From the NCBI GenBank assembly GCA_046538945.1, contig JBKHHW010000001.1, positions 17,765 through 81,764 of the forward strand: a DNA stretch of 64,000 bases. Direction: 5' to 3'. The translations under genes were made by a program, and so were the position numbers. Source of the DNA: Chitinispirillaceae bacterium (GTDB taxonomy: Bacteria; Fibrobacterota; Chitinivibrionia; Chitinivibrionales; Chitinispirillaceae). Below, piece after piece: positions 29,147 to 38,216 of the stretch; position 1 is the first letter of the stretch, and each line of letters starts with the position of its first letter. The notes below the pieces were generated by a model. It worked only from the letters and a program-made list of their open reading frames with translations. It was not told the origin of the DNA and searched no databases.

Positions 29147-29524
29147 ATGAGCAAAAAGATTCTTGTAATTGAAGATGACAGCGATATTGCGGATCTGGTG
29201 AAACTAGTTCTGGAAACGGATCAGTTCGAAGTCAGAACGGTTCTGGATTCCCTCCAGGCCTACGAGGAAGCCAAGGTCTACAGGCCCGATGCCATTCTTC
29301 TCGACCTTTCGATGCCTGGAATGGATGGATGGGCTGTATTCAGACTCCTGCGCAGCGACGATTCATTCCAAAACGTACCCATTGCCATTTTGACCGCCAA
29401 ATCTCAGCAGTTTGATCAGATGGTCGGACTTCACATCATGAATGCTGATGCTTATATCACTAAACCGTTCGGAAAGCAAGAACTGATCGACAAAACCTAT
29501 GAGCTCTTCAAAAGAAAAGAATAA
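29147..29524 (+). CDS. Stand-alone response-regulator receiver (CheY-like)
   Basis: 125 aa with ILVIEDDSD, DAILLDLSMPGMDG (phospho-Asp), ILTAKS and YITKPF. It has no output domain. Confidence 0.85.
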   Translation: MSKKILVIEDDSDIADLVKLVLETDQFEVRTVLDSLQAYEEAKVYRPDAILLDLSMPGMDGWAVFRLLRSDDSFQNVPIAILTAKSQQFDQMVGLHIMNADAYITKPFGKQELIDKTYELFKRKE

Positions 29525-29933
29525 ACGTATACTTGTTGTTGACGACGAGGTGGATGTCCTTGACTTTCTCAAGATCTATCTTGAGTCTCTGGGCTGGGAA
29601 GTGACCACGGTGATGTCCACCGCCAAGGCTTTCGAAGAACTGGACAACAAACCCTACTTTCTCGTGCTGACTGACATCGCCATGCCTGACATGGACGGCT
29701 ACGAATTCATCAGCAAAATCAAGGAGAAATCCTACCCCAGCCAGATGGCACTGATGACCGGTTTCGGCTACAACCCCAAACACACTCTGGTCAAAATCTA
29801 CAAGACGATACGCTATCCCTGCCTTTTCAAACCGTTCAACAGGGCAAAGGTGGCCGAAGCGGTTCAGAATGCATACAATGCCTATCATGAAAACATTCTG
29901 CAATCTGAATCAAGCCAGGAACCTCAAGACTGA
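29499..29933 (+). CDS. Stand-alone response-regulator receiver (CheY-like), second copy
   Basis: 144 aa with ILVVDDEVD, LVLTDIAMPDMDG, ALMTGFG and LFKPF. It overlaps the previous receiver by 26 nt. It has no output domain. Confidence 0.85.
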   Translation: MSSSKEKNKRILVVDDEVDVLDFLKIYLESLGWEVTTVMSTAKAFEELDNKPYFLVLTDIAMPDMDGYEFISKIKEKSYPSQMALMTGFGYNPKHTLVKIYKTIRYPCLFKPFNRAKVAEAVQNAYNAYHENILQSESSQEPQD

Positions 29934-29936
29934 CAA

Positions 29937-32771
29937 ATGCGCGACATAACCATTAAAGGTGCACGCGTTCACAATCTCAAGAACATCGATGTAACCATAC
30001 CCCGCAACAGTTTCACCGTGATAACGGGCCTTTCCGGTTCCGGGAAGTCCTCTCTAGCTTTCGATACGCTATACTCCGAAAGCCAGCGGCGCTATGTCGA
30101 ATCGCTCTCCTCCTACGCCCGGCAGTTTCTGGGTCTGATGGAAAAGCCCGATGTGGACCAGATAGAGGGACTCTCTCCCGCAATATCAATCGAGCAGAAA
30201 ACAACCGGTCATAACCCCCGCTCGACCGTGGGCACCATTACCGAAATCCATGACTACCTGCGCCTTCTTTTTTCCAGAATCGGAACTCCCACCTGCTACA
30301 ACTGCGGCAGAATAATCGCCCGCCAGACAGTTCAGGAGATTACCGACAGAATTCTCACCCTGGAACCCGGGACCAAATTCCAGATCCTTGCCCCGGTCAT
30401 AAAGGAACGCAAAGGCGCGCACAAGGACCTCCTCTCCAAGCTTCAGAAGGATGGATATGTAAGAGTACGGGTTGACGGAACGGTTTACACACTGGATGAG
30501 GATGTTCCAATTGATCCGGATACAAAACACACGATCGAAGTCGTGGTCGACAGACTGATAGCCGGCAGGAACATAGCATCAAGGCTTACCGAATCCATTG
30601 AAACATCGCTCAAGCTGAACAGTGACGGAACGCTGATTGCAGATATTATTGACGGCGAAGACATTCTCTTTTCGCAAAGACTTGCGTGTCCGGTCTGCGG
30701 CATAAGCTATGATGAGCTGAGCCCGCGCATGTTTTCCTTCAACAGCCCCTTCGGAGCCTGCGAGGAATGCCACGGACTGGGCTTTCTTATGGAAATAGAT
30801 CCTGAACTTGTGGTACCGAATCCCTCACTCTCCCTCAAAGAGGGAGCAATTGTCCCCTGGAACGGAGCCAATACGGAGGGGGGATGGAACAATCAGATTC
30901 TGCTGTCTGTCAGCAAACATTTCAAAATTCCCATGGACAAACCGTTCCGTTCCCTCACTGCTAGACAGAAGAAAATTCTTCTTAACGGATCAGGAAAAGA
31001 ACGCATATCGATTCAGTACGAAACCAAAAGCGGCTCCGGAAAAGGAGAATTCAGACGTACCTTCGAAGGAGTTATCCCCAATCTGCTCAGACGTTACAGA
31101 GACACCACCTCGGAGGACATACGGCGATGGATAGAGGGGTTTATGACCCAGAAGCGCTGCCCCACCTGCGGAGGCACTCGGTATAAAAAGCAGAGTCTGG
31201 CCATTTTGATAAACGGCAGCAGCATCGCCGACGTCTCTGAATACTCTATAGAAAAATCTCTCGATTTTTTCAGAAACTACCGACCGGAGGGGGTAAACGG
31301 AAAGATCGCCCGCCCCATCCTGCGTGAAGTAATCCAGCGTCTCACGTTTCTTTACGATGTGGGTCTGGGTTACCTAAGTCTTGACCGTACTTCCTCCACG
31401 CTCTCGGGAGGAGAGGCTCAGCGTATCCGCCTGGCCACACAGATAGGGTCTAGGCTTACAGGGGTACTGTACATTCTTGACGAACCCAGTATCGGTCTTC
31501 ACCCGCGGGACAACAGCCGGCTGCTCTCGACTCTTATTGCCCTGAGAGATCTGGAAAACACGGTCATAGTGATCGAACATGACAAGGAAACCATCATGGC
31601 CGCGGATCATCTGATCGACATCGGTCCCGGAGCAGGCATCCACGGGGGAGAACTGGTGGCCCAGGGGAAACCATCGCAGGTTGCCGCGTCGGCCGATTCA
31701 CTCACCGGACTGTATCTGTCAGGAAAGAGAAATATTCCCCTTCCCAGAAAACGCAGAAACGGCAGCGGTTCCTTCATTACAGTCAGAAAAGCATCGGGAC
31801 ACAATCTCAAAAACGTCGATGTGTCTTTTCCGTTAGGAAAACTGGTATGCGTGACGGGGGTGTCCGGCTCGGGGAAAAGCTCACTGGTAAACCATACCCT
31901 TTATCCGGCTCTGGCCAGATCCCTTTACCGTTCAAGAAGAGATTCCCTCCCGTATGAAAAAATCGACGGGCTGAATCAACTCGACAAGGTGATTGATATC
32001 GACCAGTCCCCTATCGGCAAAACGCCCAGATCCAACCCCGCGACATACACCAAGGTTTTCGATCCGATAAGAAACCTCTTCGCCATGCTCCCCGAGAGCA
32101 AGATAAGAGGCTATACTCCCGGCCGTTTCAGCTTCAACGTTAAAGGCGGCAGGTGTGAAACCTGCCAGGGCGACGGTGAGCTCAGAATAGAAATGCATTT
32201 TCTTCCCGACGTGTACGTTCAGTGCGAAACGTGCCACGGGAAAAGGTACAACCGGGAGACGCTGGAAATTCTATACAAAGGAAAGTCCATCGCGGATGTG
32301 CTTGAAATGACAATCGATGAGGCATTGGTCTTCTTTGATAAGTTGTCCGCAATAAAGCAGAAACTCATGGTGCTGTCCCAGGTGGGACTGGGCTACATCC
32401 GTTTAGGTCAACCGGCAAACACTCTTTCCGGAGGCGAAGCGCAGCGGATCAAGCTCGCCTCCGAACTTTCCAAGCGAGCTACGGGCAAAACACTCTACAT
32501 CCTTGATGAACCCACGACAGGACTTCACTTCGAGGATATCCTCATGCTCATGAATGTCATCCAGGAACTGGTCGACAAAGGTAATTCAGTGATAGTGATC
32601 GAACACAACCTGGATGTGATCAAATGCGCTGACTACATAATTGACCTGGGGCCCGAAGGTGGCGACAAGGGCGGCACCGTTATTTCCCAGGGAACTCCGG
32701 AGCAGATAGCAGCCGACCCGACCTCCATTACGGGACAGTACCTCAAAAAAGAACTACAGATCACAGAATAA
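29937..32771 (+). CDS. uvrA: Excinuclease ABC subunit A
   Basis: 944 aa with two ABC modules ([12 protein letters not shown]; [11 protein letters not shown]), zinc-finger Cys clusters and LSGGEAQRI twice. It starts 3 nt after the receiver stop. Confidence 0.97.
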   Translation: MRDITIKGARVHNLKNIDVTIPRNSFTVITGLSGSGKSSLAFDTLYSESQRRYVESLSSYARQFLGLMEKPDVDQIEGLSPAISIEQKTTGHNPRSTVGTITEIHDYLRLLFSRIGTPTCYNCGRIIARQTVQEITDRILTLEPGTKFQILAPVIKERKGAHKDLLSKLQKDGYVRVRVDGTVYTLDEDVPIDPDTKHTIEVVVDRLIAGRNIASRLTESIETSLKLNSDGTLIADIIDGEDILFSQRLACPVCGISYDELSPRMFSFNSPFGACEECHGLGFLMEIDPELVVPNPSLSLKEGAIVPWNGANTEGGWNNQILLSVSKHFKIPMDKPFRSLTARQKKILLNGSGKERISIQYETKSGSGKGEFRRTFEGVIPNLLRRYRDTTSEDIRRWIEGFMTQKRCPTCGGTRYKKQSLAILINGSSIADVSEYSIEKSLDFFRNYRPEGVNGKIARPILREVIQRLTFLYDVGLGYLSLDRTSSTLSGGEAQRIRLATQIGSRLTGVLYILDEPSIGLHPRDNSRLLSTLIALRDLENTVIVIEHDKETIMAADHLIDIGPGAGIHGGELVAQGKPSQVAASADSLTGLYLSGKRNIPLPRKRRNGSGSFITVRKASGHNLKNVDVSFPLGKLVCVTGVSGSGKSSLVNHTLYPALARSLYRSRRDSLPYEKIDGLNQLDKVIDIDQSPIGKTPRSNPATYTKVFDPIRNLFAMLPESKIRGYTPGRFSFNVKGGRCETCQGDGELRIEMHFLPDVYVQCETCHGKRYNRETLEILYKGKSIADVLEMTIDEALVFFDKLSAIKQKLMVLSQVGLGYIRLGQPANTLSGGEAQRIKLASELSKRATGKTLYILDEPTTGLHFEDILMLMNVIQELVDKGNSVIVIEHNLDVIKCADYIIDLGPEGGDKGGTVISQGTPEQIAADPTSITGQYLKKELQITE

Positions 32772-33006
32772 CCGCTTCAGCAGCACGTTTTCTTTTTTTC
32801 CGACCGACAACAATCTTTTGACAAATGCGCAAAAGTTTCCTCCCGCCTGCACCCGAACGGCTAAAACACACCATAATCAGCACATGCAGAACCGCAAAAG
32901 CATATTACGGTAAACACTCAGGCTGCATACGAATAATCATCCCTTTGAAGTCTCCCCTGAACTATTTTGTTAGGTTCGTTTCTTTTCACACCATAAGGAG
33001 GCATAC

Positions 33007-33579
33007 ATGTCAGGTAAAAACGTCGTACTTTTCGGCCCTCCCGGAGCAGGCAAGGGCACACAGGCAGCTAAACTCCGCGACCTTCTGGAAGTCCCGCATA
33101 TCTCCACAGGTGATATGTTCCGCTACCACATAAAGAACGACACCGAGCTTGGCCGCACAGCCAAGGAATACTCAAACAGCGGTCGTCTGGTTCCGGATGA
33201 AGTGACAATCGCCATGGTAAAAGATCGTCTCAGCCAGGATGATGTGAAGGTCGGATTCCTTCTGGACGGCTTTCCCAGAAGTGTCCCGCAGGCAAAAGCC
33301 CTTGACAAAATCCTGGAAGAGCTGAATATAAAACTCGACCACGTGGTGAATATCGCAGTGGCTGACGAGGAAGTGAAAGCCAGACTTGCAAAGCGGGCAG
33401 ACATTGAGGGCCGTGCCGATGATGCTGATCCAAAAGTGATCGAGAACAGACTCAATACCTACAAGCAGCAAAGCGAGCCCTGTCTTGAGTATTACCGCCC
33501 TCGTGGTATTGTGCGCGATATTGACGGTATCGGCACAATCGATGAAGTATTCGGCAGAATTCAGGAAATCTTCGAGTAA
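33007..33579 (+). CDS. adk: Adenylate kinase (short-lid type)
   Basis: 190 aa with GPPGAGKGTQA and LLDGFPR. The SD AGGAGG lies upstream. No Cys4 zinc lid. Confidence 0.95.
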   Translation: MSGKNVVLFGPPGAGKGTQAAKLRDLLEVPHISTGDMFRYHIKNDTELGRTAKEYSNSGRLVPDEVTIAMVKDRLSQDDVKVGFLLDGFPRSVPQAKALDKILEELNIKLDHVVNIAVADEEVKARLAKRADIEGRADDADPKVIENRLNTYKQQSEPCLEYYRPRGIVRDIDGIGTIDEVFGRIQEIFE

Positions 33580-33591
33580 TCAGCCCTGCGA

Positions 33592-34782
33592 CTACATCCG
33601 CTCTTTCCGGATCTCATCAACAACGGATCCGGTCTGAGCGGATCGGTTATCTTCTACCGTCCTGGAAAAAGACTGCCCCTTCCACCCGAAACGACCGAAT
33701 ACCCCCAGAAGAACTGCAGCTATCACCATCGGCAACTGAACAAGCGAGGCTAACGGGATGAAAGCCCTCAGTTCCTTTTTGCGGAATATGCGGGTCCCCG
33801 GAATGAGAAGCGCTGTCTCCCCTGCCATTTTCACCAAAAGCTGTGATAAAAACAGCGGCAAATTGGACTTGTCGAAAAGCGTAACTATAAAAGACAGAAC
33901 TATCGAGAGGTAAAAAATGAACACTGAAGACAGAAGTGCAACTTGAGGTGCGCAATAGTGTACTGTTTGTGATCCCCATCGCTTTCTCTGATCGAATGCG
34001 GCTGATACGGTCGGTGTCGGGTTGGTTTCCACAGTGCCGGCCGGATCGGCCATAAACGTCACATTCCATCTGCCACTTTTCCACACACGCTGAAGAAGCA
34101 GGTCATCATCCCCGGACACGACCCTGTTCGCCTTGTTTCCGTATCCGCCGATCTCCTCAAACACCTTCCTGCGGAATGCGAAATTATTCGCATTGGAATT
34201 GATGGGAAGATTCGCTCCTATCGCCGATGCGGCCACTATACCATGGGACAGAAAATCTATTGTCTGCAGTCCGAAGAATATTCTGTTCATCCCGGGAATG
34301 AATCTATAGCATGTTATTCCCTGCACCAGGCCAGTATCCGATGCAAAGAATCTGCTTATGGCAGAAAGCCAACCGGAAGAAACGATACAATCAGCATCTG
34401 TAAAAACAATGATTTCATTTCCGGCGGCATCGATTCCTTTTGACACAGCGTTCTTTTTAGGAGAGATTCCCGGAACCGTTTCAGTTATGTCCACAACTCT
34501 GAGATTAGGGTACTCACTTTGCAGTTCGGAAAGAATAGCCGGTGTAGAATCTTCCGATCTATCATTGACAACTATCACCTCATAGCTGGAACTGGGAATA
34601 TTCTGGGAAAAAACAGATTCAATACATCCACGAATATTCCGCTCCTCATTTCGAGCGGCAATCACCACGGAAAAACTGAAATCGTTACGATTCTGCCCAG
34701 CACCAAGCTTCAGCAGTCCGTTCTGCAGAAACAGAATCACACAGACGTAGAGAACCGCCGGAATGAGTATAACCCAGATCAT
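33592..34782 (-). CDS. Membrane-embedded family-2 glycosyltransferase, processive type (D,D,D,QxxRW)
   Basis: 396 aa with an N-terminal TM, VVIAARNEE, VVNDRSED, FTDADC and QRKRWGSQ (a Q(R/Q)xRW motif). There are several C-terminal TM helices. Confidence 0.85.
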   Translation of the reverse strand: MIWVILIPAVLYVCVILFLQNGLLKLGAGQNRNDFSFSVVIAARNEERNIRGCIESVFSQNIPSSSYEVIVVNDRSEDSTPAILSELQSEYPNLRVVDITETVPGISPKKNAVSKGIDAAGNEIIVFTDADCIVSSGWLSAISRFFASDTGLVQGITCYRFIPGMNRIFFGLQTIDFLSHGIVAASAIGANLPINSNANNFAFRRKVFEEIGGYGNKANRVVSGDDDLLLQRVWKSGRWNVTFMADPAGTVETNPTPTVSAAFDQRKRWGSQTVHYCAPQVALLSSVFIFYLSIVLSFIVTLFDKSNLPLFLSQLLVKMAGETALLIPGTRIFRKKELRAFIPLASLVQLPMVIAAVLLGVFGRFGWKGQSFSRTVEDNRSAQTGSVVDEIRKERM

Positions 34783-34819
34783 ATGACCTCCGAAATGTTA
34801 ACATTTTCACAATTCACAT

Positions 34820-36466
34820 CTACCACTCATACCTGGCAGCGATCGGAAACCTTCTCCCCGACCCGAACGCTTTGGGAGTGACTTTCAGCCCCGGAGGGGC
34901 CTGCCGGCGCTTGTATTCATTGAAGGCAAGTCTGCCTGCCACCCATTTGACCGTCTGTGGATCAAATCCCTGAGCCGCCACTTCTGAACTGGACTTTCCC
35001 TCTTCGATCAACTGGCCGAGAATGGCATCCAGCTCAGGATAGGGAGGAAGAGTATCCTGATCCTTCTGTTCCGGCCTCAATTCGGCCGAAGGCGGTTTGG
35101 TTATTGTCTCTTGCGGAATGACCTCCCTTTCCCGGTTGATGTATTCAGCAAGCCTGTAGACAAGTCCCTTTGACAGATCACTTATCACTCCCAAACCGCC
35201 GTTCATATCTCCGTAAAGAGTGCTGTATCCCACCGCCGATTCACTTTTATTGCCGGTGGTAAGCAGGAGATGCCCGAATTTGTTTGAAAGAGACATGAGC
35301 AGCGTACCCCGTATACGGGCCTGAAGGTTTTCTTCAGCAAGTCCGAAAGGTGTGTTTTTAAAAAACGGATCCAGTGCAGCAAGGAATGCGGAGAACGTAC
35401 TCTCGATGCTCACTACAGAAAATCTGATCCCCAGGCTTTCCGCCAGAGCTTCCGCATCTTTCACGCTCCCCTCCGAGGAATGCCGGGAAGGCATTGCAAC
35501 ACCCCACACATTCTCTTTTCCCAGAGCCGCAGCAGCAACAGCACATGTCACCGCGGAATCGATTCCCCCCGACAGGCCCAGAAGCACGGCTTTGAATCCG
35601 CACTTTTTGACGTAATCGCAAAGACCCAGAACCAGAGCATCATGAACGGATGCTATAGTGTCCCTGTCAGGTATCTGGATTGGATTGCAGGCTGCCGCCG
35701 TATCCACAATCCGCACCTCCTCTTTGAAAGCAGGAAGCTGAGTGCAGAGGTTGCCACTGGGATCGAAATACGCACTGTTTCCGTCAAATATCAGCTCGTC
35801 ATTACCTCCCACCTGATTTACGAATAGAAAGGGAAGCCTGTGAACCGCGGCATGATTCTTCATGATTGTGCTGCGAAGTCCCACTTTACCCAGGTGGAAT
35901 GGTGATGCTGAGATATTGATCAGTATGGAAGCATCTTGAGCCACCAGTTCGGCAACCGGATCCTTATCATAAAGCCTTGACAAAAACAAATCTCCGTTGT
36001 TCCAGGCATCCTCGCAGATACTGATCCCCAGCACTTCTCCTTTGAACTTCACCACTGAAACGGATTCAGCAGAATCGAAATATCTGCTTTCATCAAACAC
36101 ATCGTAAGCAGGCAGTAGGGATTTGTTCTGCTCGAACAGGATTTCTCCGTTCTGCAGTAGAACAGCGGAATTATTCAATCCCTTGCCGAAAGACCTTTGT
36201 GTACGTGTAACCGTACCCAGAAGGATACCGGTCTGGGGATACCTGCGGGAGGCCTCAAGAATATCGTTGAGCGACGAAAGGCTGTTATCGACAAACCATT
36301 TCTTCTCCAAAAGGTCCCGCGGAGGATACCCCTGAAGAAAAAGTTCCGAAAAGACAATCAGATCAGGGCTCTCCGGTGCCGTTTCCCGCAACACCCGGAA
36401 AACCTTTTCAGCATTTCCCTTCACATCTCCCACAACGGGATTAAGCTGACAGATTACTACTCTCAT
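34820..36466 (-). CDS. nadE: Glutamine-dependent NAD+ synthetase (CN-hydrolase + NadE domains)
   Basis: 548 aa with an N-terminal nitrilase-like domain (ICEDAW) and a C-terminal PP-loop (LGLSGGIDSAV). Confidence 0.9.
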   Translation of the reverse strand: MRVVICQLNPVVGDVKGNAEKVFRVLRETAPESPDLIVFSELFLQGYPPRDLLEKKWFVDNSLSSLNDILEASRRYPQTGILLGTVTRTQRSFGKGLNNSAVLLQNGEILFEQNKSLLPAYDVFDESRYFDSAESVSVVKFKGEVLGISICEDAWNNGDLFLSRLYDKDPVAELVAQDASILINISASPFHLGKVGLRSTIMKNHAAVHRLPFLFVNQVGGNDELIFDGNSAYFDPSGNLCTQLPAFKEEVRIVDTAAACNPIQIPDRDTIASVHDALVLGLCDYVKKCGFKAVLLGLSGGIDSAVTCAVAAAALGKENVWGVAMPSRHSSEGSVKDAEALAESLGIRFSVVSIESTFSAFLAALDPFFKNTPFGLAEENLQARIRGTLLMSLSNKFGHLLLTTGNKSESAVGYSTLYGDMNGGLGVISDLSKGLVYRLAEYINREREVIPQETITKPPSAELRPEQKDQDTLPPYPELDAILGQLIEEGKSSSEVAAQGFDPQTVKWVAGRLAFNEYKRRQAPPGLKVTPKAFGSGRRFPIAARYEW

Positions 36467-37980
36467 CTTTTCGACTCGATAAGAGAAACACCCGACATCT
36501 CTTCGGGTTTTGGAATGCCCAGAAGCTCCAGCATGGTGGGAGCAATATCCGCCAGAGTTCCTTCATCACGGAGCTTGAGATCTCCTGCACCCACGATGGT
36601 GAGCGGAACCGGGTTTATGGTGTGAGAGGTCATCGGGGATCCGTCCTCAAGCCGGGTCTGTTCGGCGTTACCGTGGTCTGCGGAAAGAATGCACACTCCA
36701 CCCTGCTTTGTCACAGCCTCCACAACATCATGAACACAGGTATCAACCGTTTCAACAGCTTTCAGGACAGCGTCGAAAATTCCGGTGTGACCCACCATGT
36801 CGCAGTTGGCGAAATTACATATCACCACGTCATACTTGCCGCTGTTTATAGCCTCCACCAGCTTGTCTCTCACTTCAAGGGCGCTCATCTCGGGCTGATG
36901 GTCATAGGTAGCCACCTTTGGGCTGTTCACCAGGATGCGTTCCTCTTCTGGAAAGGGATCATTTCGCTGTCCGTTGAAAAAGAAGGTGACGTGGGCGTAT
37001 TTTTCGGTTTCGGCACACCGAAGCTGCTTCAGACCGTTATTGGCCAGCACCTCACCCAGAATATTTTTGTTTGTCATCTCCGGGTAAGCTTCTATGAAAT
37101 TACCGTTATCATAGTAATGGGTCATGGCAACGAACATGGAAACCATCTTTGAGCGGGAGAATTCATTGAAATCAGGCTCAACCATTGCCTTAGTCAATTG
37201 CCGGGTGCGATCGAAGCGGAAATTGAAGAATATCACTGAATCGTTCTCCGCCAGTCCCTCGTAATCAATGACTCTCGGTTTCACAAACTCATCCGTTTCT
37301 CCTGCAGCGTATGCATTGTCGATTGCCTGCTTCCAGTCCGCCACCTTCTCGCCTTTGCCTTCCATGATGGCCCTGTAGGCAAGCTCGGTTCTGTCCCAGC
37401 GAGTATCCCTGTCCATGGCATAGTAACGTCCGATAACCGTTGCTACCCTGCCGACTCCGGTTTCATCTATCCCCTTCTGCAGAAGCGCCATATGCTCATT
37501 TGCCGACTTGGGCGGAGTGTCACGTCCGTCGGTGATGGCATGGACAACCACATTGGAAAGCCCCTGTTTCCTGCACAGTTTGAGAAGCGAGATGCAGTGA
37601 CGGGTGACAGCATGCACTCCCTCCTCCTGAATGAGACCGATCAGATGAAGCGCACTGTCCCTTTCCTTTGCATGGCCGATAGCCTTCAAGAATGCCTCAT
37701 TTTCGAAAAAATCTCCATCTTTGACACCTTTGTCTATCTTTGTAAGGCTCTGGTAAATGGTTCTTCCCGCCCCGATGTTGAGGTGACCCACTTCGCTGTT
37801 CCCCTGGTAGCCTTCAGGAAGTCCGGCACTCAGCCCTGATGTCTCGATGAGCATGGTGGGATAATTTTCCTCATACGCATCCGTAAAAGGAGTATTGGCT
37901 TTGAAAATTGCATTCGAGTCCTCTTCTTTTCCCCGTCCCCATCCGTCTCTGAGAATCAGACATACCGGTCTTTTCTTCAT
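36463..37980 (-). CDS. gpmI: 2,3-bisphosphoglycerate-independent phosphoglycerate mutase
   Basis: 505 aa with LILRDGWG, NSEVGHLNIGAGR, TDGRDTPP and SADHGNAE. It has a 4-nt overlap with nadE. Confidence 0.95.
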   Translation of the reverse strand: MKKRPVCLILRDGWGRGKEEDSNAIFKANTPFTDAYEENYPTMLIETSGLSAGLPEGYQGNSEVGHLNIGAGRTIYQSLTKIDKGVKDGDFFENEAFLKAIGHAKERDSALHLIGLIQEEGVHAVTRHCISLLKLCRKQGLSNVVVHAITDGRDTPPKSANEHMALLQKGIDETGVGRVATVIGRYYAMDRDTRWDRTELAYRAIMEGKGEKVADWKQAIDNAYAAGETDEFVKPRVIDYEGLAENDSVIFFNFRFDRTRQLTKAMVEPDFNEFSRSKMVSMFVAMTHYYDNGNFIEAYPEMTNKNILGEVLANNGLKQLRCAETEKYAHVTFFFNGQRNDPFPEEERILVNSPKVATYDHQPEMSALEVRDKLVEAINSGKYDVVICNFANCDMVGHTGIFDAVLKAVETVDTCVHDVVEAVTKQGGVCILSADHGNAEQTRLEDGSPMTSHTINPVPLTIVGAGDLKLRDEGTLADIAPTMLELLGIPKPEEMSGVSLIESKR

Positions 37981-38216
37981 TTCGAACTCCCTTTAATGTA
38001 GAACATATCAGTTGATCTGTTTTTTCGATTTATAATAGACTTCTGCTTGAATTCTATCTATATTAATTTTCACCCGATTCTTATTATTGAGCGCTTTCAG
38101 AGCTCATCCGAACCTCAAGACTGTTTGAGGCGAATTTCACTTTTTCAGTCAGTAGAATCTGAATAAAACAATGTAATATAGAATAAAAAACCGGGCAAGC
38201 ATAGAGGTTATGCGAT

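Noticed and set aside
37981-38216. Promoter for the sheath-like gene
   Set aside because: The region is AT-rich with several TTGxxx and TAnnnT hexamers (for example TTGATC...TATAAT with only a 13-nt spacer, and TAATAT at 38174-38179 without a -35). No pair has acceptable spacing, so I do not call a promoter.
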